DNA of 64,000 bases from Desulfosudaceae bacterium (GTDB taxonomy: Bacteria > Desulfobacterota > Desulfobacteria > Desulfobacterales > Desulfosudaceae). Where the stretch lies: the NCBI GenBank assembly GCA_963674745.2, contig CAXXDV010000001.1:1888001-1952000 (forward strand), written 5' to 3'. The translations under genes and the position numbers were made by a program. The notes under the pieces were generated by a model, which was given only the letters and a program-made list of their open reading frames with translations, ran no database searches and was not told where the DNA came from. Position 1 is the stretch's first letter. The number at the start of each line of letters is the position of its first letter. Shown piece by piece: positions 11,302-20,697 of this stretch.

Positions 11302-11341
11302 ACATGAAAGCCACATAACCAATCAAGAAAGAAAGGATACC

Positions 11342-11953
11342 ATGTCTGGATCGCAGAATGAAAAGAAAAAGAAAATGAGTATGCCTGCCGGCGAAGCAGC
11401 GGATATGTTGCGCGTCATGGCAGAGGAGTTGGAAAAGGGCCGTATCTCAATTGACGAAGAAGGGATCCAGGTCGCTTTTGACGCGCCGGTAAAGATCAGC
11501 TTGAAATCCAAAGACGACAAGTTGGTCGTGAAAATACAATTCAAACTCTGTATGACCGGGGATGACGAACGGACAGCACTTGTGGTTGAAGCCAAACAAC
11601 GGCATGGTTCTCGAGGCCCCCGAAAGAAAGGGACAGGGCCCAAAAAAGCCGCGGGGAAGAAAACAGAAAATTACAAAACCCTGAAAAAACGTATGTCCAA
11701 GGATTTCAATGCCATTGCCAAGTGCTGCCGTGACGAAGAAACCCTTCCGGATGCATCGCTTGTAGAGCAGTTCTGCCGTGACTCAAAACAAATGTGCACT
11801 TACAAAGGCAAGGGAGATGCGTTTTACGACGCTTATCTCAAAGCGGTAGAATCCTTTTACCGGGGTTTTCTGGCAACCGATCTGGAAGCGATTCACTTCG
11901 CTGTCGACTCCCTCAAACGGATGAAAAAGGAATGCCATCACAAATACAAATAA
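11342..11953 (+). CDS. Amphi-Trp-like domain fused to GAK-system XXXCH domain
   Basis: N-terminal AADMLRVMAEELEKGRI plus alternating beta-strand; C-terminal YKTLKKRM...MKKECHHKYK (XXXCH). Confidence 0.7.
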   Translation: MSGSQNEKKKKMSMPAGEAADMLRVMAEELEKGRISIDEEGIQVAFDAPVKISLKSKDDKLVVKIQFKLCMTGDDERTALVVEAKQRHGSRGPRKKGTGPKKAAGKKTENYKTLKKRMSKDFNAIAKCCRDEETLPDASLVEQFCRDSKQMCTYKGKGDAFYDAYLKAVESFYRGFLATDLEAIHFAVDSLKRMKKECHHKYK

Positions 11954-11994
11954 GTGATTTGTATCTCAATATATTTTTTATATTTTCGTACCAT

Positions 11995-12022
11995 TTAACA
12001 AGAAAATAACCACAACCTAATT
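11995..12022 (+). promoter_or_regulatory. Pho-box-like 11-bp-phased array upstream of the amphi-Trp pair
   Basis: TTAACA 11995, ATAACC 12006, CTAATT 12017; possible -10 TATAAC at 12042. Confidence 0.5.
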
Positions 12023-12116
12023 ATTTTTTAGGATTATTGAGTATAACTTTTTCTGGTAGTTACAGTTTGGGTGTGCTCCTTCTGTGTTAATGATAAATCA
12101 TTAAGAGGAAGACGAT

Positions 12117-12374
12117 ATGGGAGACAAAAAAGAAATAAGCTTTGAGACCCTGGTTACTCGTGAAAAAGTGGCCGGGTATCTTCAGAACCTGGCCGAGAGT
12201 ATTTCCAGTGGCAAATTAAATATCCAGAAAGGGATCGAAACTATCGCTTTGACCCCTGGAGAGACAGTGGCTATGGAAGTGGAAGCCAAGCAGAAAAAAG
12301 AGAAAGAAAAGTTTTCTCTAAAATTGACCTGGACAGTTTCCCCTGAGCAAACCCTTAAAATTACCCCCGATTAG
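12117..12374 (+). CDS. Amphi-Trp domain protein
   Basis: 85 aa, VAGYLQNLAESISSG, ends with amphipathic strand FSLKLTW. Confidence 0.8.
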   Translation: MGDKKEISFETLVTREKVAGYLQNLAESISSGKLNIQKGIETIALTPGETVAMEVEAKQKKEKEKFSLKLTWTVSPEQTLKITPD

Positions 12375-12391
12375 AACTAAGGAGATCAGCC

Positions 12392-12730
12392 ATGGCAAAA
12401 AAAAGCACGACCAAAAAAGGCATAAGCATTGAGGCGCGTTTATCATTGAATGACGCCTTGGCCCAAATTGAGGAACTGGTAAAAAACTTTAAAGCAGGTG
12501 TCTGTACTATCCAAAAAGGGCCTGAAGCCATCGTCATTAAACCTCAGCAGGAAGTCAATTTTGAATTAAAAGTAACCCAAAAGAAAGATGATAAAGAGAA
12601 GATGTCAATCGAGTTAAGCTGGCAAAGACCGCCAACGCCGGTTACGTCGGATGATTTTAAGATCATACCAGGCGAAGTGGCGCTTCCTGCTCAGGAAGAA
12701 GCATCTCCACAGGATGAAACCGACAAATAA
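12392..12730 (+). CDS. Amphi-Trp domain protein
   Basis: RBS AAGGAG; KEKMSIELSW strand followed by an acidic tail. Confidence 0.8.
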   Translation: MAKKSTTKKGISIEARLSLNDALAQIEELVKNFKAGVCTIQKGPEAIVIKPQQEVNFELKVTQKKDDKEKMSIELSWQRPPTPVTSDDFKIIPGEVALPAQEEASPQDETDK

Positions 12731-12796
12731 TTCGGGAGTGGAGCGGGAATTTACTCATGGAGATGAACCGGAACATATCTTTCTAAGGAGGGGTGC

Positions 12797-13264
12797 TTGA
12801 CAGCAAAGAAATTCATTTTTTATTTAGGCACCCCTTTGGTTGCTTCAGTCGTGCTGATGATTCTATTAAGTAGCATTCCCGGCATAAAGCAACTTCCAAC
12901 TTTAGAAGAAAAAGCAAGGTCCGGGAATGTAAAAGCTATGATCGAACTGGCTCAAAAATATGATTATGATTGGTCTCATGTTGATAATCATAAGGAAAAA
13001 GCCATGAAATGGTATCAAAAAGCGGCCAAGGCCGGGAACTTGGAGTCTACATATAAAATTGGTATGCGGTACTTAAACGGTGATGGCGTCACCCAGGATG
13101 AACACCGAGCGGCCTGCTGGCTGGAAAAGGCGGCCCAAAAAGGTCATGAGCGTGCTCAAGGCACTCTTGAGCAACTCAAAAAAAGACATATATTCCCAAC
13201 AAGGAACAGCTCGAGGCTGACGCCGGGAAAAAGAGCTACGGTTGACTTAAAAGCAGCTCCATAG
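12797..13264 (+). CDS. Sel1-repeat (TPR-like) membrane-anchored protein
   Basis: AMKWYQKAAKAGN, IGMRYLNGDGVTQD, WLEKAAQKGH; RBS AGGAGG, TTG start. Confidence 0.85.
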   Translation: MTAKKFIFYLGTPLVASVVLMILLSSIPGIKQLPTLEEKARSGNVKAMIELAQKYDYDWSHVDNHKEKAMKWYQKAAKAGNLESTYKIGMRYLNGDGVTQDEHRAACWLEKAAQKGHERAQGTLEQLKKRHIFPTRNSSRLTPGKRATVDLKAAP

Positions 13265-13330
13265 TCCTTTCTCCGAACAAAAGCAACTGGCTTATTAGCC
13301 TGGTACTGGATCCAAATTGATAAAAAGGAA

Positions 13331-13650
13331 TTACTGGACTGACCCACTGTAGAAAAACCAGCCTGAACCAACAACATATAAAAATATTTCCATGAGGCTA
13401 TGTTCGATGTTGATTATCAGTAGGGACTTTGATTGTAATTAACGATATGCCAGAATCATTCCGGCAAATATGGGTAAGGTCGGTGCGATAATATTCCCAT
13501 ATCATAAATGAAATAGTCCAAAACTTAATCCGTTAAACAAATTCAGGGGTAACGGCCCGGAAAAAATTGAACGGCAGCGATGAAAGAAAAAAACTTTTTA
13601 AAAATGATTTCCTGGGGTAGAGCAGCCAACAGCGGATACAGTAGCACAAA
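13331..13650 (-). pseudogene. Decayed 3' half of a CPBP (CAAX protease) gene, homologous to 14828-15145
   Basis: Collinear with the intact gene; in-frame stops at 13439-13441 (TAT>TAA) and 13502-13504 (TGG>TGA), an indel near 13590, and no 5' half. Confidence 0.85.
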
Positions 13651-13741
13651 TATCAAAACCGCTTTCGGGTGTATCACTGACAGACTTTATAATGTGTGCA
13701 GCCGTTATAGGCATACTAATACCGCATTGGATTAATCTAAT

Positions 13742-14077
13742 ATGAAGAAATTACCGTATAGGAAGTTTGGTGATAATTACATAAGGAAGGAAATATTTAT
13801 AATTGTCCCAATACTATTATTATTTATTCTCATTGCCTTATTCAGGAGACAAGATTCTTTTATTATACCTTTACTTACTGTTTTAATAATCCTGATATCT
13901 GTTGCTGGAACTATCTGGCAAACAAAACGATTAAAGGAGTTCGCATGCCCTAATTGTGGAAAGAAAATTCTGGAACCAACCATAAAATACAGAAGTGATG
14001 GAGATCCAATAAATTATTATTGTCCGGACTGTGATATAGAATGGGAAACAGGATTAACTGAATCAACTTCTTCTTAA
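13742..14077 (+). CDS. Small AT-rich protein with two TM helices and a C-terminal zinc ribbon
   Basis: CPNCG...YCPDCDIEW; cassette-like flanks. Confidence 0.7.
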   Translation: MKKLPYRKFGDNYIRKEIFIIVPILLLFILIALFRRQDSFIIPLLTVLIILISVAGTIWQTKRLKEFACPNCGKKILEPTIKYRSDGDPINYYCPDCDIEWETGLTESTSS

Positions 14078-14085
14078 TAAAACAA

Positions 14086-14205
14086 CCTATAACACATGCA
14101 CTTGACTCGCAGGGGCGAATTGCTTTGGCATTATCGTGATCCGGTGAAAACGTGGCTTTACTAAAGCCACCTTCCCCTGCTCCCAAGTGACGGAGGAAGT
14201 CGGGA
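14086..14205 (+). other. Degenerate attC-like hairpin (integron cassette recombination site)
   Basis: CCTATAAC (14086-93) just after the stop codon is complementary to GTTATAGG (13704-11) before the gene; arms CACTTG..GCAGGGG / CCCCTGC..CAAGTG; no clean distal GTT. Confidence 0.45.
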
Positions 14206-14404
14206 GAGATAAGAGATATAAACCTAAAAAAAATTACACGAATCACCTCTATTGGGATTGCCACTGCCTTTATACTTTCTTTCTTCGGTATCCCTTGGAA
14301 GTGTCTTGGACAAGATCCACGATTGATTTTTTCGGTTGTCAGCAATTCCCTGATGTACGCCTCAATCCTGTTCTTTTTAATTAATCTTTATCGGCGGAGT
14401 TAAA

Positions 14405-14797
14405 GTGTCTGAAGCAGAAAAGTTTCTCGGGCTAAACTTCGATCAACCTCCGGATGAGCCAAGCGAAATTTCAATAAAACGTAAGCTAACTTTTATTTTA
14501 TCAGTTTGGTTTCTGGGATTTCTCATTGCTTGTCCTGACCCACGCTGCGTCCTTCTGATTCCGGCCTTCCCATTTGGTCTGGCAGCATATATTCAGGAAT
14601 GGATCGTGAAACTAGATCAATCAGAAGCGGCTATTCTGATAATTGGTTGGCTGATATATGCTGGTTTTACAGTAGGATCTCTCTCTATGAAACGAAGGCG
14701 ATGGTTTTATATGTGCTGGGTCGTTTTGACGACTTTACTAGTGCTAAACGGTGTTGGGTGTCATGCAATGCTGAAAGAGTTAGGGAAAATTCATTAA
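14405..14797 (+). CDS. Hypothetical membrane protein
   Basis: RBS GGAG, GTG start, about 4 TM segments. Confidence 0.65.
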   Translation: MSEAEKFLGLNFDQPPDEPSEISIKRKLTFILSVWFLGFLIACPDPRCVLLIPAFPFGLAAYIQEWIVKLDQSEAAILIIGWLIYAGFTVGSLSMKRRRWFYMCWVVLTTLLVLNGVGCHAMLKELGKIH

Positions 14798-14827
14798 CCC
14801 CACATATGAAAATTGATAAAAAAAGAG

Positions 14828-15535
14828 TTATTGGATTGACCCGCTGTAAAAAAACCAACCCATTCCAACAACATATAATAGTATTCCCATGAGACCATGT
14901 TCGATGCTGACTAGCAGGAGGGACTTTGTCTGCAAATAACGATAAGCAAGAATCATTCCGGCAAATATGGATAATATCGGCGCGATGAAATTTCCATACC
15001 ATAAATGAAACAGCCCGAAACTTAACCCGTTAAAGAAAATCAGAGGTAATGGCCCGGGGAATATTGAACGGTAGCGATGAAAGAAAAAACATTTAAAAAT
15101 GATTTCCTGGGGTAACGCAGCCAGCAGCGGATACAGTAGAACGAAGGTCAAAGCTGCATGTGGGCGATTGATTGGGAAGACCAGAAATCGATCTCCAAAA
15201 AACAGGTAAGTCAATGTGCCTATAGCAATGCCGATACCTATGAGTGTGATCAGTATTTGTTTGATGTGGGATAAGAAATTGCGGGTATTCCACAGGATTG
15301 GAAGTTCAAATTCTTTAGAAGAAGCTATATATATCATGCAGCCAAGAGCGAGAAGCAATAAAACAGGTACTAACCTGAAAGCCAGGAAATGACGAAACCA
15401 ATATAATGCGATCGGTGCAATAAAAAACAACATGACACATTCGATCAGGGTATAATATTTTTTCCATTCAAAATTAAAACTTTGAATGGTACATGCTTCA
15501 TTATTTAATGTAGACAGCTCGACAATTTCTTCCAT
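14828..15535 (-). CDS. CPBP family intramembrane glutamic endopeptidase (CAAX protease-like)
   Basis: QEIIFK, FGLFH, SIEHG motifs; polytopic. Confidence 0.85.
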   Translation of the reverse strand: MEEIVELSTLNNEACTIQSFNFEWKKYYTLIECVMLFFIAPIALYWFRHFLAFRLVPVLLLLALGCMIYIASSKEFELPILWNTRNFLSHIKQILITLIGIGIAIGTLTYLFFGDRFLVFPINRPHAALTFVLLYPLLAALPQEIIFKCFFFHRYRSIFPGPLPLIFFNGLSFGLFHLWYGNFIAPILSIFAGMILAYRYLQTKSLLLVSIEHGLMGILLYVVGMGWFFYSGSIQ

Positions 15536-15582
15536 CTCACGTTTCCTGTATCAATCCTAAATTCCCGCTTTGACATGTAAAT

Positions 15583-15610
15583 ATAACACAATATTAACAA
15601 AAAATAAACA
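15583..15610 (+). promoter_or_regulatory. Pho-box-like 11-bp-phased array
   Basis: ATAACA 15583, TTAACA 15594, TAAACA 15605 in the divergent CPBP/hydrolase intergenic region. Confidence 0.5.
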
Positions 15611-15734
15611 TAAATGTCATATATTTACAAATAATAAATATTTTGAAGATATGGGAAGTCGAATATGATTTAAGCGGATTGAATCTAATATGTTACAGAT
15701 GTTGCGGTACGACTGAATTATATAAAAATAGAAA

Positions 15735-16736
15735 ATGGTAGACTGCAAGACACTCACTATAATTGGATTACTAATCCTTGTTATCATCGTCGCGGTCTTT
15801 CTGGCAGGACCGAGGATAGAAATCAATACAACGGTTCACCCCGTCATAATTCCGACAGACCTTGAGGCGTATGTTGCAAATTCAGAGTCCGCTATTGATG
15901 ATATCGTTCCGGGAACAGAGAAAATTATAATTTGGGCCGGTGAAACCGGCGTCCAGACTCCATTATCAGTCGTATATCTGCATGGATTTTCAGCCTCACG
16001 TCAGGAAACAGCCCCTCTCTCCGAAATAGTAGCCTCAGATTTAGGCGCGAACCTGTTTTATACACGTTTCACCGGGCATGGCAGGAACGGTACCGCCATG
16101 TTGGAGGGCAGCGTTCATGCCTGGCTGAGCGACGCATATGAAGCGTTAGTTATAGGCCGCCGGTTGGGTAAAAAAGTTATTGTGATCGGAATGTCAACCG
16201 GTGGAACGGCTGCAACATGGCTGGCCACCAATGATTTTTCAGACACTGTAGCCGCCTTTGTATTAATCTCTCCCAACTTTGCTCTTACAGACAGTAGATC
16301 CCGCGTTTTGTCGTGGCCATGGGGCGGGTACCTGGCTGAATTGTTTATTGGCCCGGAACGCAGCTGGGATCCGGTTAACGATCGCCAGGGAAGATTCTGG
16401 ACGCATCGTTATCCGACACGGGCTTTACTGCCAATGATGGGAATGGTAGATCTGGCCAATTCATTGGACCTGTCAACGATTGACACCCCTTTTCTTATTA
16501 TTTATTCACCTGATGATCAGATTGTCAGCAGTAATTCAACAGAAGCGATGTATCAAAGAATCGGTACCAGGCAAAAACAATTGATTGCTTTTTCAAATGC
16601 AGAGGACCCGTCTCAACACGTTTTAGCCGGCGATATTTTGTCGCCAGGTTCAACAGAAGTGATTGCACGTGTGATTCTTAATTTTATTTGCCAATATAGT
16701 GATCCCCGGGGACAGAAAACGAATTCCGAGGAATAA
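15735..16736 (+). CDS. Alpha/beta hydrolase (esterase/lysophospholipase-like), N-terminally anchored
   Basis: YLHGFSAS, GHG, nucleophile elbow GMSTGG, D..V and H near the C-terminus. Confidence 0.85.
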   Translation: MVDCKTLTIIGLLILVIIVAVFLAGPRIEINTTVHPVIIPTDLEAYVANSESAIDDIVPGTEKIIIWAGETGVQTPLSVVYLHGFSASRQETAPLSEIVASDLGANLFYTRFTGHGRNGTAMLEGSVHAWLSDAYEALVIGRRLGKKVIVIGMSTGGTAATWLATNDFSDTVAAFVLISPNFALTDSRSRVLSWPWGGYLAELFIGPERSWDPVNDRQGRFWTHRYPTRALLPMMGMVDLANSLDLSTIDTPFLIIYSPDDQIVSSNSTEAMYQRIGTRQKQLIAFSNAEDPSQHVLAGDILSPGSTEVIARVILNFICQYSDPRGQKTNSEE

Positions 16737-16862
16737 ACCACCGGCATGCCAGCCTGTATTGTCTAATTAACTAAAAATAAATCATTTCCTCAAAAATTCT
16801 TCATGCAGCCGCTATAGAACAACTATTAAAAATGACGATAAATTTAATTGAGGAGCATGACC

Positions 16863-19316
16863 ATGTCATCCATGAAGGTTGATCTTCACGTCCATTCCAA
16901 GTTTTCCAAGCGGCCATCTTACTGGATCCTTCAGAAGCTGGGCTGTTCCGAGAGTTATGTGGAGCCGAAAGCGATTTATCGTATCGCCCGTGAAAAAGGC
17001 ATGCGGTTTGTAACCATCACCGATCATAACACCATTGCCGGCAGTCAGGAAATCGCGCACTTGCCGGACACCTTTATCAGTGAAGAGGTGACAACTTATT
17101 TTCCGGACAGCGGTTGCAAGGTCCATTTGCTCGCCCTTGATATTACCGAGATCCAGCATGAGGAAATATCGCGTTTAAGACCCAATATTTTTGACCTGGC
17201 CGCCTATTTGCAGAAACAACGGATTACGCATGTCGTTGCCCATCCTTTATTTGCTGTGAATGACCGCTTGACGCCGGAACATTTTGAACAGCTGCTGCTC
17301 ATGTTTACCAATTTCGAGTTAAACGGCACCAGGGATGCCTATCAAAATGATGTTCTGGTGAACATCCTGACGCGGCTAACGCCGGAAGATATGGCCCGAT
17401 TGGTCTGTAAGCACAATCTTTCCGCTTATGGCGAGACGCCCTGGAAAAAGAATTTTACCGGCGGTTCGGATGATCATTCCGGGTTTCACATTGCCCGGAC
17501 ATTTACGATGGTTGAAGAAGACGGGGATCTGGCTGATTTCCTGCGGGCGGTTAACAGCGGTCAGGCACTGGTCTGCAAAAACAATTATGAACCCAAAATG
17601 CTGGCCCACACCCTCTATTCCATCGCCTATCAGTTTTATAGCCGCAAATTCAATCTGGAGCGGATAAAACAAAAGGATGAGTTCATCGCCTTTGTTGATA
17701 ATACACTGAACCAGCACGGCAACGTCGATAGAGGCGCACTCACCAATAAGGAAGAAGAAACCGTATTTGATGACGCGCAAAACGATATGAACAACCCGGC
17801 CAGAACGATCTCCAATTTTTGCGAACAAACGGCCCGGGACGTACTGAAGGAATTCCCCGAGTTCAACCGGATGGTTCAGGGTAAAACGGTTACAACCGAC
17901 CAGCGGGTAAAACTGTGCTACAATTTTGTCGACCGGGCCGGTGATGCCATCCTGGCCCGTTTGTGCGGCACAACCATGAAACGGGTTTCAAGCGGCAACA
18001 TTTTCGATGTCTTTCAGATGATCGGGGCCGGCGGCGCCCTCTATGCCATGCTGGCGCCATATTTCATTTCCTACAGTGTTTTTACCAAGGACCGCCGTGT
18101 CTGCAAGACCATACATGAACAATTGCATCTGAAAAGGCCTAAAAAAGAACATCTGCGGGTGGGCCATTTTACCGATACATTACACGACATCAATGGTGTG
18201 GCCAGAACACTCCGGCAACAGGCCGAGATCGCCGCGCGCATGAATAAACACTTAACACTGATCACCTGCGGACCGGAAAATCGTCGATCGGGGTTTAAGA
18301 CTTTCTCACCCATTGACACCTTTGACATGCCCGAATACTCCGACCTGAAGCTTTATTACCCGCCCTTGCTCAAAATGACGGATTATTGCTATGAGCAAAA
18401 TTTCAATCGTATCCATATCGCCACACCCGGTCCGGTTGGCCTGGCTGCCCTGGCCATTGCCCATATTCTGCAATTGCCGGTCTTTGGTACCTATCACACG
18501 TCCCTGCCGCAATATGTCAGCCAGCTGACCGGCGACACCGGTCTGGAGGACCTGACCTGGAAATATATCATCTGGTTTTACAGCCGAATGGATGTTGTGT
18601 TTGTGCCCTCAAAGGCGACGGGTGATGAACTGATCGAGCACGGTATCAGCGCCGAAAAAATCAGATTTTATAATCGCGGCATTAACACCACGTTATTTCA
18701 TCCGTCCAAACGTAATGGTTTTTATAAAAAACAGTTTAACCTGGCCGACCAATCCTTGAAACTGCTTTACGTCGGTCGGGTTTCCAAAGAAAAAAATATG
18801 GATCATCTGGTTGACATAATGAAGCTCATTTCTCCTGATTTTCCCGATGTCAGCCTGGTGGTCGTCGGAGACGGTCCGTATCTGGAAGAAATGAAAGAGC
18901 AATGTCGACATCTGCCGGTATATTTTACCGGTTTTATGGAAGGGGAGGACTTGAGCGAAGCCTATGCCGGAAGCGATATTTTTGTTTTTCCTTCAACTAC
19001 CGACACCTTTGGTAACGTGGTGCTGGAAGCCCAGGCCTCGGGCGTTCCGGTTATCGTCACCGACAAGGGCGGCCCCAGCGAAAATCTGCTGCCCGATAAA
19101 ACCGGGTTTATTGTTCCCGGGGGCGATATTCGGGCCTTTGTCGAGAAAATCTCGCTGTTGCTGAAAGACCCCGCCCTGATGGCGACGATGAAACAGAACG
19201 CCAGGGCCTATATGAAACCCCGATCATTCGATTCGGCTTTTTCACAACAATGGGATTTATATCATGATCCGCTGACGCCGCCGGAAAATTCCCCTTCAAT
19301 GGTTTCCTCGAATTAA
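16863..19316 (+). CDS. PHP phosphoesterase domain + GT4 glycosyltransferase fusion (copy 1)
   Basis: DLHVHS, TITDHN, GGSDDH (PHP); DINGVA, TYHT, YVGRVSKEKN, DTFGNVVLEAQASG (GT4). Confidence 0.9.
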   Translation: MSSMKVDLHVHSKFSKRPSYWILQKLGCSESYVEPKAIYRIAREKGMRFVTITDHNTIAGSQEIAHLPDTFISEEVTTYFPDSGCKVHLLALDITEIQHEEISRLRPNIFDLAAYLQKQRITHVVAHPLFAVNDRLTPEHFEQLLLMFTNFELNGTRDAYQNDVLVNILTRLTPEDMARLVCKHNLSAYGETPWKKNFTGGSDDHSGFHIARTFTMVEEDGDLADFLRAVNSGQALVCKNNYEPKMLAHTLYSIAYQFYSRKFNLERIKQKDEFIAFVDNTLNQHGNVDRGALTNKEEETVFDDAQNDMNNPARTISNFCEQTARDVLKEFPEFNRMVQGKTVTTDQRVKLCYNFVDRAGDAILARLCGTTMKRVSSGNIFDVFQMIGAGGALYAMLAPYFISYSVFTKDRRVCKTIHEQLHLKRPKKEHLRVGHFTDTLHDINGVARTLRQQAEIAARMNKHLTLITCGPENRRSGFKTFSPIDTFDMPEYSDLKLYYPPLLKMTDYCYEQNFNRIHIATPGPVGLAALAIAHILQLPVFGTYHTSLPQYVSQLTGDTGLEDLTWKYIIWFYSRMDVVFVPSKATGDELIEHGISAEKIRFYNRGINTTLFHPSKRNGFYKKQFNLADQSLKLLYVGRVSKEKNMDHLVDIMKLISPDFPDVSLVVVGDGPYLEEMKEQCRHLPVYFTGFMEGEDLSEAYAGSDIFVFPSTTDTFGNVVLEAQASGVPVIVTDKGGPSENLLPDKTGFIVPGGDIRAFVEKISLLLKDPALMATMKQNARAYMKPRSFDSAFSQQWDLYHDPLTPPENSPSMVSSN

Positions 19317-19336
19317 CTTTTATATCAGGTGATATC

Positions 19337-20686
19337 ATGGAACAAATACTTACGATTCCTCAAATAAGAAATAATCATCGCCGTTCACACGCATCGGCGT
19401 CTTTGTTAACAAAGGCGCTGCCGACGCTGTTAAGGCAACGACTTCCCGGCCAGGTGATTATTCAAATCACCGACCGTTGCAATGCCTGTTGTCCTCATTG
19501 CGGTATGCGTGTGACCAATTCGTTTTCCCGGACCAGCCTTTCCAACGACAACATTTTCCGTGTCATCGATGCGGCCGCGGCCAACGGCGCGGCGGCCGTT
19601 TCTTTTACCGGTGGTGAACCCATGCTGCGGCTGAATGACCTGGTTCAAGTGATCAACCACGCTGGCGCAGCGGGTATCCGCCTGATCCGCACCGGCACCA
19701 ACGGTTATTTCATGCAGATGAGCGGCACTGACAAAACAGCCTTGAAGTCAAAGGTATCATCCATTGTCGAAAAGCTGGCTGCTACCAGCCTTCGCAACTT
19801 CTGGATCAGCATGGACTCCAGTGTGCCGGAAGTTCATGACCGTATGCGGGGTTTTGATGGCCTGGCCCGCGGTATTGAAGCAGCGCTTCCGGTTTTTCAT
19901 GAACACGGGATCTATCCGGCCGTGAACCTGGGGGTTAACCGCAATGTTGGTGGAAATTTTACAGCCGAGATCGATTTTCGCCATTTTATACTCAGAAAAG
20001 ACTATCTAAGAGAATTCTATCGTAGATACAAGATCGCCATCGAAGGGTTCTATCGGCGGGTAATCGATATGGGGTTTACCATGTTGAACACATGTTATCC
20101 CATGAGTGTTGAATCCTGTGCAAGAGAAGGTTTGAGTGCCGTCTACGCGGCCACCGCCGCCGATCGGATCGTGTCTTTTGATCGGGACGAAAAAGCCCTC
20201 CTTTTTAAAATCCTGCTGGAGTGTGTGGAAAAGTTCCGCCATCAGATTCGTGTTTTTTCACCCCGGGTTTCCCTGTACACGCTTTATCGTTACTACTCGG
20301 AAAATGAATCACCCGGATTTACACCGGCCGGATGCCGTGGCGGCCTTGATTTTTTCTTCATTGACGCCAAAAACGGCGACACCTACCCCTGCGGTTACAG
20401 AGGGTCGGAAAGTATGGGCAAGTTCTGGGAGCTGAACATGCGACGGCTCAACAAACCCGCCCTTTGCCGGCGGTGCGACTGGGAGTGTTTCCGGGACCCG
20501 TCAGAACAGTTCGCACCGTTGCTGCAGGCTGTTTCCTCACCCGGGCGGGTTGCTTACCGGGCCCTGGCCGACCGGACATACACCCGACTGTGGCTGAAAG
20601 ATCTGGCCTATTACCGGGCCTGTGATTTCTTTGACGGCCGTCAGCCGCCGCGTTTTGAAAGGATGTCGCGACCAAAGGCAGCTTAA
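19337..20686 (+). CDS. Radical SAM protein with SPASM/twitch-like C-terminal cysteines
   Basis: CNACCPHC (CxxxCxxC), FTGGEP, CRGG...YPCGY...CRRCDWEC. Confidence 0.9.
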   Translation: MEQILTIPQIRNNHRRSHASASLLTKALPTLLRQRLPGQVIIQITDRCNACCPHCGMRVTNSFSRTSLSNDNIFRVIDAAAANGAAAVSFTGGEPMLRLNDLVQVINHAGAAGIRLIRTGTNGYFMQMSGTDKTALKSKVSSIVEKLAATSLRNFWISMDSSVPEVHDRMRGFDGLARGIEAALPVFHEHGIYPAVNLGVNRNVGGNFTAEIDFRHFILRKDYLREFYRRYKIAIEGFYRRVIDMGFTMLNTCYPMSVESCAREGLSAVYAATAADRIVSFDRDEKALLFKILLECVEKFRHQIRVFSPRVSLYTLYRYYSENESPGFTPAGCRGGLDFFFIDAKNGDTYPCGYRGSESMGKFWELNMRRLNKPALCRRCDWECFRDPSEQFAPLLQAVSSPGRVAYRALADRTYTRLWLKDLAYYRACDFFDGRQPPRFERMSRPKAA

Positions 20687-20697
20687 GGGCAGATGAC

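Noticed and set aside
14187..14384. 65-aa ORF between the cassette-like genes
   Set aside because: Starts inside the hairpin and has no motif; probably a remnant or spurious.
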